64,000 nucleotides of DNA from Vicugna vicugna. Taxonomy: Eukaryota. The stretch's first letter is position 1, and each line of letters begins with the position of its first letter. The notes beneath the pieces are model-generated. The model saw only the letters and a program-made list of their open reading frames with translations, did not search any database and had not been told where the DNA came from. Where the stretch lies: NCBI GenBank assembly GCA_013265495.1, contig MU058844.1:12050184-12114183 (forward strand), read 5' to 3'. Shown here in pieces: positions 41,096 through 53,554 of this stretch. Made by a program: the position numbers and the translations under genes.

Positions 41096-43552
41096 CAGGC
41101 ATAACCTTGCTTTATTGTGCTTCACTTTACTGCACTTCACAGATACTGTATTTTTCTTTGTTTTTTCACAAGTTGAAGGTCTATGGCAACCCTGCATTGA
41201 GCAAGTCTATTGGAGCCATCTTCCCAACAGCGTTTGCTCACTTTGTGTCTCTATGTCACATTTTGGTTATTCTCACAATATTTCAAACCTTTTCATTTTT
41301 ATTATATTCGTTGTGGTGATCTGTGATCAGTGATCTTTGATGTTCCTATTATAATTATTTTGGATTGCCACAAACAGCACCCACAGATGACAGCAAACTT
41401 GACTGATAAATGTGTGTGTTCCGACTGCTCTGCCAACCAGATGTTGGCCTGTCTCTCTCTCTTCAGGCCTCTCTATTCTCGGACACAATAATACTGAAAC
41501 TAGGCCAATTAATAATTCTACAGTGGTCTTTAAGTGTTCAAGTGAAAGGAAGTGTCACACATCTCTCACTTTAAATCAAAAGCTAGAAATGCTAAAGCTT
41601 AGTTAGGAAGGCATATGGAGAGCCAAGACAACCTGAAAGCTGGGCCTCTTGGGCCAAACAGTCACAGATGCAAAGGAAAAGTTCTTGAAGGAAATTAAAG
41701 GTGCTACTGCAGTGAACACACAAATGATAGTGTAACAGCCTTAATTGCTGACAATGGAGAAAGTTTTGGTGGTCTGGGTGGAAGATCAAACCAGCCATAA
41801 CATTTCCTTAAATGAAAGCCTCATCTGGAGCAAGGCCCCTAACTTTCCCTAATTCCCTAATGGCTGAGAGAGGTGAAAAGGCTTCAAAAGAAAAGTCTGA
41901 AGCTAGCAGAAGTTTGTTCATGAGGTTTGAGGAAAGAACCCATCTCCACAATACAAAAGTACAAGGTGAAGCAGCCAGTGTTGATGTAGAAACTGCAGCA
42001 AGTTTTCCAGAAGACTGAGCTAAGATCATGAATGAGGGTGGATACACTACACCGATTTTCAGTGTAGATGAAACAGTCTTATTTTGGAAGATGATGCCAT
42101 TTAGGACTTTCATAACTTGAGAGGAGAAGTCAATGCCTGGCTTTAAAGTTTAAAGGACAGGCTAACTCTCTTGTTAGGGGCTGGTGACTTGAAGTTAAAA
42201 GCAATGCTCACTTACCATTCTGAAAGTCCTAGGGCTCTTAAGAACTATGCTGAATCTACTCTGCCTGTGCTCTATAAGTGGAGCAACAAAGCCTGGATGA
42301 CAGCACATCTATTCACAATGTAGTTTAGTGAATATTTTAAGTGCACTGTTGAGACCTACTGCTTTCAGGAAAAAAAAAAAAAAGAGCCCTTTCAATGTAT
42401 CACTGCTCATTGACAACGTGCCTGGTCCCCCAAGAGCTCTGATGGAGCTGGACAACGAGATTCATGTTGTTTTCATGTCCGCTAACACAACACCCATTCT
42501 GCAGTATATGGATCAAGGAGTCATTTCAAATTTCAAGTCTTATTATTTAATAAATACATTTCATAAGGCTATAGCTGCCACAGATAGTGATTCCTCTGTT
42601 GGATCTGGGCAAAGACAATTGAAAACATTCTGGAAAGGATTCATCATTCTTAATGCCATTAAGAACATTTGTGATTCATGGGAAGAGATCAAAATATCAA
42701 CATAAACAGAGGTTTGAAAGCAGCTGATTCGAGCCCTCACAGATAACTTGGAGAGGTTCAAGAATTCAGCGGAGGAAGTAACTGCAGATGTGGTGGAAAT
42801 AGCCAGAGAACTAGAATTAGATGTGAAGCCTAAAGATGGGACTGAATTACTGTAATTTCATGATAAAACTTTAATGGATGAGGAGTTGCTTCCTCCGGAT
42901 AAGCAAAGGAAGTGTTCTCTTTAGATGAAATCTACCCCTGTTGAAAATGCTGTGAAGACTGTTGAAATGACAGCAAAGAATTTAAAATATTACATAAACC
43001 TAGTTGATATAACAGCAGCAGGTTTTGAGAGGATTGACTCTAATTTTTTTTAACTTTTTTTTATTGAGTTATAGTCATTTTACAATGTTGTGTCAAGGAT
43101 TGACTCTAATTTTGAAAGATGTTCCACTATAGGTAAAATGCTATCAAACAGAACTGCAAGCTATAGATAAATCATTTGTGAACAGAAGGGTCAATCTACT
43201 CAGCAAACTTCACTTTTGTCTTATTTTAAGAAATTACCACAGCCAACCCAACCTTTAACCACCACCACCCCGGTCAGTCAGCAGCCACCAACACTGAGTC
43301 AAGACCTTCCACCAGCAAAAAGATTACCACTCACTGAAGGCTCAGATGATGGTTAGCATTTTTTTTCAACAAAAAAGTATTTCTACATTAAGACATGCAC
43401 GTTGTTTTTTAGCTATAATGCTATTATTGCACACTCAATAGACTATAGTGTAAACATAAACTTTCACCTACACAAGGAAACCAAAAAATTCATGAGATTC
43501 ACTTTATCACAGTGGCCTGAAACCAAACCTGCAATATCTCAAGGTATGCATT
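41096..43552 (+). mobile_element. Near-full-length Tigger1 DNA transposon with decayed pogo-type transposase
   Basis: TA then 'caggcataacc' at the left end and 'atctcaaggtatgcatt' then TA at the right; about 2.4 kb; transposase remnants 'ASRSLFMRFEER' and 'LLIDNVPG...[17 protein letters not shown]' broken by stops and frameshifts. Confidence 0.95.
43048..43095 (-). mobile_element. 48-nt L1 3' tail inserted into Tigger1
   Basis: T-run plus 'attgagttatagtcattttacaatgttgtgtca', flanked by identical aggattgactctaatttt at 43030-43047 and 43096-43113. Confidence 0.85.
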
Positions 43553-45639
43553 TAAACACATTAACTGCCTTCTATGTCCCAGTGATCCTGCCAAGGATGG
43601 GGATACAGCAGGACTAAGAGAGACATGGTCCCTGACTTCAGAACACTGGCAAAATGCCTAGATGATTTTTCCAAGTATATGGTAGGTGCTCAATGAATGG
43701 GTGCTGATACTGTCAGTGTTATTAATGTTTATTAGTATTATTCTGGGTCCAGCCAAATGCTGACAATAATGAGCTGAGAGCAACACATCTCCCTCCAGGA
43801 GGAGCACGTATTCCATTGCTCTGTACAATGAGACTTGAAATAGAAGTTTATGTGAGGGTACAATTATGAAGAAGGAAGGAAGATAGCCACTGAGCAGACG
43901 CACTGGGACTCCACAAGCATAAATAAAACTCCATTGTGAAAAGCAGCCTAGCTTTACATAAAGGTGCAGAAGCCTCCTCTTCTGAGTCTTTATTTGAGCA
44001 TGGGAAGATTTTTCAAGTTAAAGGTTGATCAGCAAAAGACTCTCTAATATTGCTTAAAAATCCTTCTCCACTGTGACTGGACACTCTTTCATTTCTTTGA
44101 ACAGAAACTAGGACCACTCCTGCATTTTTAAGGATTTATAACCTTAGTTCAGGTGACCAGCTGATCTTTCTCAGAAAAAGAGATAAAATAACCTATTCTG
44201 GGAGAGGTATACTACTCTCAATTTTCTGTTGTCCAGAACAAGTACTGATTTTCCTTTGGGGACCCAAGCATAGAGTGGTTGGAGTAAAGAAGGTTATGGA
44301 CTGATCAGTAGGCCCAAACCAGTTGCTAAAATCATCAATGGAGAACTAACTAAAAATGCACAGTAATCATCCATATTAACATTGCAAAGGCTATCAGACT
44401 GTCTCACTATGCCAGATATCCCTGCTCCACTCAGATGCACGCATAGGTACCACACATAAATGGAAGGGGAAAAGTCATCAGTTGTAAGAAATGGAGCAGA
44501 TTTAAAAAGCACAATACTGTGAAAGGTATTTTTATCTATGCCAACATTACATTGGGTATTCAAAGTTCCTTCAACATTCAATCAACTAATATTTATTAAA
44601 TAAACAGTGTGTGTCAGTGACTGGCAAACTCCAGTAGGAGAAAGTCCATTTAATCCGAAAATTAGAGATGACTGGTGCTATAGACAAGACAGCTTCAGCA
44701 GAGAGCTCTCAGTAGAAATCACAATAAAACTGGGTTAAATTTGGCAAATGAGGATGTAAGAGAGGTAAATGCAACCTCTCTTTTAAGAGATTTAGGAGAA
44801 GAATGAAAGATACAGAGACAGAGAAACAGACCAAGTCCTTGAGCTTCAAGATACTTGTCTGTGTTTGGCTGAAAGTGTCAGAATGTGTGTGCATGAGTGT
44901 GTGTGTACATGCACACACACACATGGGTGTCCCTACACATGTTTGTTTTCAAGCTGCACCAGACAGCTTGTTTCTGGCCTTGGTGAAGAAGTCCCCATTA
45001 ACGGAGAGGTTGAAAATCAAATGAAAAGAAAAACTAATTAAAGGAATCAGTTCTTGGAGAGGAAAGAAGGTAACTGGATCAAGAGGAACTAGCCTCGGAT
45101 AGGAGAAGTCTTGGAGATAATTTTAACGCAAAGGGCTCTGGGGGAAAAAAAATACAATTTTTGAAGTAGAACTTATAAAGTATATAATGGAGTAAATAAA
45201 ACAAATACTCTTATTTCCAAGAATAAATAGAATGCCACAAATGGAAAGACAAACACGTGAAAAGTATAACCACATACCTCCCCAGATACAACACAAAATG
45301 TCACTACGGTCCCGTATTTTTCCTTTATTATTTATACGGAACAACACTCATGAAAGAGCTTTTTTATTGGATTGTTGTAAATATATGTTTTCTTTGGTAT
45401 GAGAATTTTAATCTTATATTAATATCTTCACTGTCACCAGTAAGAAGCTGCCTAAGTTATAGGGGAATCTTTGGTCTGTTGTGCAAGTCAAACTTCCCTG
45501 AAGAATCATAATAATGTATCATTTGAATGTTTTAATTAAAGATAAAAAGAACCTCCTTACTGCACAGATTTAAAAGGTGTATTTGAGTATAAATAAAAGA
45601 GAAAAATCAAAATGTAGCTCTCTTTTTATCAGATAAAAT

Positions 45640-46235
45640 CATGCTCTCACTTCCAAAGAATACAGATAGGGAATTCTCACCTTGCAGCAGAGAATGCCAG
45701 CAAACGCTACCTCAGCCAAGTGATCAAAGTTACTACCACCAGGACTCACGTTGTTACCAGGTACCTCCTGCTAGGAGATGACAAGGAGGGAACTTTGCTT
45801 CGGTGATATTCTTCCCCGAGCCTCACAGCTCAAGTCCAATATTAGTCAAAACTAAATTGAGGAATATTTTAATAAATAACCAACCAGTACCCCTGAACAA
45901 ACATCAAGGTCATGCAAAAGACAAGGGAAGACTAAAATACTGCCACAGAAAACTAAGAAGTCATGACGATTAGATGTAATGTGATAACTTGGACTGGATC
46001 ATTCAACAGAAAAAAAAAGGACATTAGTGGAAAAATCTGTGAAATCCAAATAAATTCTGGAATTTCGCAAGTATTATTGTGCTAATATTAGTTTCCTAGT
46101 TTTGATAAATACCCCAAGGCTAACCTTCAGGGAAATGAAGAAGGGGGACAAGGAAACTCTCTACTATTCACACAGTCTTTCTACAAATATAAAATCACTC
46201 CAAAAATACAAAGTTCATTTAAAAATAAACTTATT
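45640..46235 (+). mobile_element. L1MC/MD-type 3' UTR fragment
   Basis: 'ctacctcagccaagtgatcaaagtta', 'catcaaggtcatgcaaaagacaagggaagact', 'aaggacattagtggaaaaa'. Confidence 0.8.
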
Positions 46236-46737
46236 TATAAAAAGAAGTTAAATGAAAACCCCGGTGTCTATTTTTGAATTATCTCAAATTGCAATTAAAC
46301 TATTGCTGAAACAGAAGCAATCATGGCCCCAGTTAAAACATGAGAGCAAAGTAAAAGGTTAATTTTGAAGTATAGTTATAAAAATCTTGAAGCAAAATTA
46401 GAAACACGAAGCCTCCTGTCTACATTGTAAAAACCACTCTGTTTACAACTTCTTTCCTTCTGTTCTCATACTATGTCATTTTATTGGACTTATCGATGTC
46501 TTCCTGAAAATACCATTTTTTTTTTATTAATTGGCTACATTCTCATGGATGCAGATTGGATGCAAACTTGAACCACACTGCTTTGCTCATTGTACTGTTC
46601 AGAATATGAAGGCACCTTGGGCTACAACCCTATTATGAAAAGTAAACACGTAAATTATATCCAAAACCCAGAGGCTGTCACTTGGTTCATCAAATGAAAG
46701 TATTTTTAATACTTCCACACGATCCTTAAATATATAT

Positions 46738-47432
46738 TTCCTTTTTAATAGCCTTATTGAGGTATATACTTTAAAATTCACCCATTTAAAACTACTAAAA
46801 CCCATTCAATTGTACATCACCAGGGTTGTATAACCATCACCACGATCTAATTTCAGAACATTTTCAACATCCAAAACAGAAACCCCATGCCCATTACCAG
46901 CCACTCCTCATGCCACATCCCACCCCCAGCTCAGGCAACCATTAATTTAATTTCTAGCTCTCTACATCTGCCTGTTCTGCACCTTTCACAGTAATGAAAT
47001 CATACATGTGGTCCTTTGTGACTGGCTTCAGTTGGCATAAGGCTTTCAAGATTCATCCATGTACTAGCTTGTATCAGCATCTCCTTTCTTTTTATTGTGA
47101 AATAATACTCCAATGAGTGAATGTATCGCATTTTGTCTATCCATTTATCAGCTGATGGGCATTTGGGTTATTTCCAACCTGGCGATATTATGAATAAAGC
47201 TTCCACAAATATTTATTTTTACCTAAGTTTTTGTGTGGACGTGTATTTTCCTTGCTCTCAGATGTATACTTAGAGATGGGGTTCCTGCATTAAATGGTAA
47301 CTCTATGTTTAACATTTTGAAGAACTGCCAAACTGTTTTCCAAAGTGGCTGCACTGTTTTACATTTCTTTCAGTGATACACGAGGTTTCTAATTACTCCA
47401 CATTCTCACCAACACTTGTCATTGTCTGTCTT
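46738..47432 (-). mobile_element. L1MB-type 3' fragment
   Basis: 'gccttattgaggtata...aaattcacccatttaaa', 'gaagaactgccaaactgttttccaaagtggctgcac'. Confidence 0.88.
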
Positions 47433-48484
47433 AAAACATATATTTTTATACTTGTGATATCTCTTCGTCATTTTATTCCCTCTTAAAATTGTTGTCTTCT
47501 GATCTCCTTTCCATGGAAACTCCTATGTTACCAAACAACTCTACAAAACAAGTTTCAAATGATATGTAATATACTAAATCCATAATCCATCTTAATCCTA
47601 TTATTTTCAAAGTGTTTTACTTCATTCCCCTCTGACCTAATCATTATCCTTCTTTCTTTCTTTAATAATTACTTTAATATGACTTCAAAATATAAATTCC
47701 CACTAAAGTAATTCTTCGCAAAGCAATTAATGTGACATGCATTTATCTCAGTGATAGGAGCAAAATTATTAATTTAGCCATGTTCATAGACTTCTCCAAT
47801 GAAAGATAATTGTGTAATTCAGTTTCTTACTGCTGCTCATGACCCATTAATGAATCATAAAGTCAACTGGATGGGTCATAAGTGAAACTTCTAAATAGAG
47901 GACAAAGGAGAATAGAGGGGTGAGGAAGGGTCGAGTAGGGTAGAAAAGAATCAAATAAAATAGAAATGCTGGAGTCCACTGCATTATTTTCTGACACTTT
48001 CCACTCATTTATATGTTCAAGAAAGCTTGAAAGCCACGGGTGAAATCACAAATTTGATTTTTCCCTTACCTCTTTCTCACAAGGGAATAATTCTCTCCTA
48101 AATTGAAAGACTTGAAAAAAGTATTAAGAGGAGGATTTTTAAAAGACAGATTGTGCAAAAGGAAATTGTAGAATTAATTTGAAGAGAGAAGAACTGAGTT
48201 AGAAAAGGGCATTTTAATAAATGCTGATTGTGAGCTATATATTCAGGTTATTTTTATGTCTGTTTGAAGAGCAGAGCAAGTTAAGTGTAGAATATATTTC
48301 TAATTATTTTGGACTATAAACTTTGCCTCTTGTATGCCATTCTGAGATCTAGCTTATTAAGAGCCACATAATATATTCATACTTACAAATATATGCTCAC
48401 TTATGTAAACAGGCATTTATTATGATTGGAAAAGATGACTTAACAACTCTCCAGACAAACAGAACTTGTCTTTTTTTAGAGATG

Positions 48485-48715
48485 ACAGTAGTTTATAGTT
48501 AAGAGCATAAACTTTAGAGTCATGCAGACTTCAGATAATTCCAATTATACTTCCAATTTTATATGGTACACTGAAAAAAATTACTCAACTTACATAAGAC
48601 TCAATTTTCTCCTGAAAACTTACATTGCTCTAAAAATCAAATATAAAGCACATTAAAACAAACTTAGTGTAATATCCTAGCACACAGTATCAGTAAATGG
48701 AAGCTCTTTTTTATT
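48485..48715. mobile_element. MIR SINE
   Basis: 'tagtttatagttaagagcataaactttagagtca...ctcaattttctc...cctagcacacagt'. Confidence 0.6.
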
Positions 48716-49765
48716 AAAATTATTTTATAAATCTTAAAAAGTATTTTAAAGCAGATAATCCAAAGATACTATCAATTTTAATCAAGAGAACGTGAGTGGA
48801 TGTAATAGAAAACATGGCTGATATAAGCAATCAGACAAGGACTAGCACCATTCAATGAGTCTATCATAACTGCCAGTTCATGTAATTACTATATTCATTA
48901 TGATTTTCAAAATTGACATATGATAAGCAAAAAGGTTAGATCATTACCTGTGTTCCAATTTCCAATAATTAATTAAAACTGAAATCAGCTATAGAACAGT
49001 CCACTGACAGCACAGGGAAACTGTGTGCATCAGCCAAGTAAAATTATAAGGCAAAATGACACATACAGGAGTAGGATGTTGAAAACTCAGTTAGAACTTA
49101 CGTATTTTATCTAACACTGATTAAACTACACCATACTTCGGAAAGATAAGAAGTCTGGTGTAAACACCATTTGTTCAATGTGAAGCCACTGGGGAAAATG
49201 GAGAGTGAAAGCGCTGATCAAAAAAGGCTAGGGAATCAACTGCAAATTAAAATATTGGAATAAATGCTTTTAACTGATGTTCCTGTTTTAACTTGGTGAA
49301 GTACTTCCTACTCAGTCAGTTCATCTAGAAAATGTCACTGTCCAAGAACCTCTAACCCTTGACACGTTAGAGAGGTTTCACTCTGATCCACAACCCTCCC
49401 TACGCCTCGGGAGAAGAGTGAGGCTCCTGAGACATCTCTCTATTACCTAATAAGCTGCACACTCCAATGGTATCTGAGTCTCAATAATTCATAGATATTA
49501 TGACCAAAACTAGATCTGTAACAAAAATAGTGTCTAGCCTGGCGTCCAACACATAGTAGATGCTCACCAGATGTCTATTTGAGGAAAGCAAGAAATCAGG
49601 AAAAATAAGATCTACTGCCTTAAGTAACAACACCTATTTCATTTCATTCTCCAACAGAATTTTCCCCAAATTCTAAAATAAGGATTATTTCTTCAATTAT
49701 CAGAAAAAAACTACAAACATTCATTGCTAACAGACAAAGGTTTGTACTAAATATTGAAGACTTAC

Positions 49766-49806
49766 CCTTTAAAAGAGATAACAGACATAAAAAGGGCTAC
49801 TCATTC
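49766..49806 (-). other. Candidate small exon (41 nt)
   Basis: 'tctttctctttatccctcttcttctttttcccctgtattattag|GAATGAG...TTAAAGG|gtaagt'. Confidence 0.3.
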
Positions 49807-49964
49807 CTAATAATACAGGGGAAAAAGAAGAAGAGGGATAAAGAGAAAGACAAAATTAAACAAAATTAAATTAATATAGCACCAGAGAATGTTAAAGCAC
49901 CACCTTATTTCTCTGAAAACAAATGAATAAAGAGAAAAAATAAAATTATGCTGCTTTTCCTCTT

Positions 49965-50830
49965 TAAATTTTATTTCACAGTAAATGAGACAAGTTTACA
50001 TAGGGAAATTCTATCTAATAAATGCAAACAGAATCAAAGATTTAGACTGCCACCGTTCTTCAATATCTAATAAACAGACTGATTTGTACAATGGTCATCA
50101 ATGAATGGTAAAACTATTAGGTGCAAAGTTGATGGAAAAGTTCTGGCTGCCTCCTAACACCACCTGAACCCAATCTAAGTGTCACTAAAAGTCAAACCAC
50201 CAGACATTGTCTACCACCAATATGATGGAACATGAAATACATAGCACCACTTACGAATTTTCTTGCAAAAAACGAATGTAAATCTAAATAAGTCCTTCTA
50301 TCTAGCTTCTAGTCTACACGAACATGTAAAATAGGAGAATGAATTAAATACCTGGACAAAGCAGCAGTCAGAAAAACCGCAACTCCCAAAATGTGGGACT
50401 TTCTACAGGACAACTAAGTAATAGCTTCTACAAAATAATCGAATGAGAGAGGAGGAGGAAGGGGTGAAGAGATGGAGACAGGGATGGGGGAAATGAAGAA
50501 AGGATGAATGGAGGAAGGAAAGATGGAGGGATGGAGAGAAAAGGAGGGAGGGAAGGGGGAAGGAAGGATGGTGGTAGTGGGGCTGGGGTTTGGGCTGAGT
50601 GTGGGGAGGATAAAAGAAGTTGGTTCTTAGATCTAAAGAACCCAAAAGAGTGAAAGGGACTTAGAGAACAAAATCAGACACAAGGAATGGATCTTGTTTG
50701 GAACCTGATTTGAAGAAACCAACTGTTTAAAACACACACATTTCTTAGACAACAAGTCAATTTGAATTTGATATGAACTGAGAATAACCTTAAGTGAGTA
50801 TTGCTCATTTTATTTGAGGTGATAATTAAA
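49965..50830 (+). mobile_element. L1MC4/5-type 3' fragment split by a purine-rich expansion
   Basis: 'ctaataaatgcaaacagaat', 'aaaactattaggtgcaaagttgatgg', 'tagcaccacttacgaattttcttgc', 'ttctacaggacaa'. Confidence 0.7.
50443..50612 (+). repeat. G/A-rich low-complexity tract
   Basis: GGA/GGAA-like repeats ending in G-runs. Confidence 0.85.
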
Positions 50831-51314
50831 TTGTATTCAGTGGTCTGCTAATGACAAAGTGATAGCTTTAACTGCTATACGGCTCTAAGCTAACTCCAGT
50901 AGATGAAGACCAGAAGCTCCAAGGGAGGGACCGTGCTCATTTCATTCTCTGCTGTCCCGGCAGTGCCTAACACCGCGCCCACACAGGAGACAAGGAGCTC
51001 CCTCAATATTTATTGAGTGGTTGTATCTAGGACAGTCTCAAAGCACAGCTCAGAAGCTTGTCTGGGAGTTTTAACAGTAAAATACAGGAAATAACAGAAA
51101 GCTTTTGAGAACATGCAAATTGCTTTACATGGCTGGAATTTCAGGCACATTTGGAAGAAAAATGAGAGATGCAGCTGAAGTAGCAAGAAGGAAGCAAATC
51201 ATAATTATCCTCCATATGCCATGAACTTTGTGTTTTACCCAGTTGGTAGAGGTCAGTCATTGGCAGGGTTTGACTACACATAAATTAGAATGAGGTCTTC
51301 TATCTTTCTCTAGA

Positions 51315-51520
51315 AGAGAGTTGCTCAATATCTGTGCTGCTGACATTTTTGGCCAGGTAACGCTTTGTGGTTGTTTTGCACATTGTAGATTGTTTAGCAA
51401 CACCCCTAGCCCTTGCCATCTAGATGTCAGTACCATACATCTGTGACAACCAATAAAGCAGCTCCAGACATTGCCAAATTCCACCTAGGGGGCAAAATGT
51501 CTTCCAGCTGAGAATCACTG
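51315..51520. mobile_element. MER20 hAT MITE inside an L2 fragment
   Basis: 'gacatttttggccagg...ctccagacattgccaaatt...gggggcaaaatg...tgagaatcactg'. Confidence 0.85.
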
Positions 51521-51844
51521 CACCGGAAATTTTGTGAATCAGAAGGTGAAACTCAAGGCAGGGAGGTAGATCAGAAAGCTACTGCCAACAGAGAATAAGT
51601 GCCTGAACTAATGCAGCAGTGTGGGGAACAGGAGGGAGGAAAACGGATCTGAGTGTCAAATGAGCGGTAAACACAGCAACCAATTGTGGGTGGTGAATGA
51701 GGCTGAACAATGGTCAAAGACAATGCCCAGCTGTCTGGACTGAGCCACTGGATGGAAGAGCTAATCATTCAAGCAAGGGCTGATGAGGGGGCATTCATCC
51801 AACAACAACATTTACCAGGTCCATTCTCTAGGGGGTAATGTGTT

Positions 51845-51871
51845 CAACAACAACAACAACAACAACAACAA
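51845..51871. repeat. (AAC)n microsatellite
   Basis: 'caacaacaacaacaacaacaacaacaa'. Confidence 0.9.
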
Positions 51872-52059
51872 ATACTCTTCTTCTCATGGAAGTTACTTTC
51901 TAACAGAGGCAGGCAAGTGAAGAAATGCAAAAGTAACCTAACTTCACAGGGTGATCACTGCTAGGAAGGGATGAGGCATAAGGCTGAGGAACCTGAAGAT
52001 GGACACAGAAAGAGATGCTAGTGTTACATAGTTGTTTCATCACACAGGCTTGGAACTGG

Positions 52060-52310
52060 GAGACATGCATGATCTTTGATGCCAATTCTGCTATTAAGTG
52101 GTCGTGTTGCTTGGCCTGCTTAAGTCTCAGTTTCCCCCAGTTGTGACATGAGGATAAGAAGGGTACTTATTTAATACGCTGTTATGAGTTTTCAACAGGA
52201 AAGAATATAGTGCGTGTGTGCGTGTCCATGTGTCCATGTCTGTGTGTGTGTCTGGAAACTCAGTGCAGTGTCTGGCACGTGTAAGCACTCAATAATAACA
52301 ATTATTATAT
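52060..52310. mobile_element. MIR SINE with a TG-rich insertion
   Basis: 'agtctcagtttcccc...atgaggataa', 'cagtgtctggcacgtgtaagcactcaataa'. Confidence 0.7.
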
Positions 52311-53009
52311 AACCATTCAGTTGTGTGTGGTCAGGGGGAGGGCTAGTGTTTAATAGCTTTTCTCAAAGCCATTCAGCACTTATGTTTTTCATGCTTTATG
52401 CCTTCATTCAACCAGTCTTCATCGTGTGTGTCCTCTGTGGCTGACACTGTTCTAGGAGCCAGGGACCCAGCTGTGAACAAGACAGACAAGGTTCCAGGCT
52501 TCGGCACCAAAGCTGTTCCTGGCAGCCTCCTGCTTCTTAGCAGCTGCATCTTTGCACTTCACAGCCTGTCTGGGCGCCTCCTTGATGGAACATCAGCAAA
52601 ACTCCCAACATGACCTCATACTGGTCCATTTCAAGAGCAATACATAACAGCTAAAAAGCATCACCAGCATCTGAGGGTATTTAGAAAATTAAACAGCTGT
52701 TTCCCCATTGCCAATCTATGATGATATCAAGTTTAAAGTTGTTAGAGAGAAAAATGGCTTGGCTCTACGGAAAGCAATTCCAATCAACAATGGCAGCCAA
52801 GCTGGAATCTTGCTAAAACTGCATCCTGGGGCCAGTTGTGTTCTCAGTAACGATACTGACATCTCCTAAGTGGGAGTAACAGGAGGAACAGCTAAAGAGG
52901 AGAAAACATTAATGCTGCAGATATTCCTGGATCAATGGGTTCCAGGAGACAGAGATTGCTAACCGCCATCCACATCCACTTCTGAGTGATGCTGGCTCAG
53001 GATCTGAGT

Positions 53010-53192
53010 CAGTGGTTCTCAACCTTGGTCATAAGGTTAGAGTCACTTGGGCAAGTCTTAAAAATGGCAGGCCCAAGCCCCACCCTCTAGAGATTCTCAT
53101 TTAATTGGATTGGGTGGGGCCTGGGTATTGGTAGTTTTTTTTAAAGGTCCCTAGGTGATTCTAAAGTTTGCAACCTCTTTTGTGAACCATCA
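53010..53192. mobile_element. MER5-family hAT MITE with 8-bp target duplication
   Basis: Terminus 'cagtggttctcaacc'; atctgagt (53002-53009) and atcagagt (53193-53200) flank it. Confidence 0.85.
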
Positions 53193-53410
53193 ATCAGAGT
53201 AAATAATAATCAGTGTGTGATTTCAATTGAAACATTGCAACTAGGGGAAGGTATAAAGTAGTCAAATTAATTAGAAGAAAACCTGTAAATTATATTTCAT
53301 CCACTCCTCCCTGGGTCATCCTCAAATTATCATCACTTCTTTTAATCCCAAGTCTCAACAGAATAATGATTATTATTGAGCTAACAATCTAATTCATTAA
53401 CAATAATTCA

Positions 53411-53554
53411 GGGGGGTGAGGGTATAGCTCAGTAGTACAGCATGTGCTTAGCATGCACGAGGTATTGGGTTCAATCCCCAGTGCCCCTATTAGAAAACAA
53501 ACAAATAAATAAACCTAATTACCTCCCCTCTCAAAAAAAAAAACCCACAAAACA
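53411..53554 (+). mobile_element. tRNA-derived SINE (Vic-1 type)
   Basis: 'gagggtatagctcagtagtacagcatgtgcttagcatgcacgaggtattgggttcaatccccag'; flanking repeat aataattca at 53402-53410 and 53555-53563. Confidence 0.9.

Noticed and set aside
42328..42705. 125-aa DDE ORF as a domesticated TIGD/CENP-B-like gene
   Set aside because: The surrounding transposase has many stops and frameshifts, and the element still has its termini
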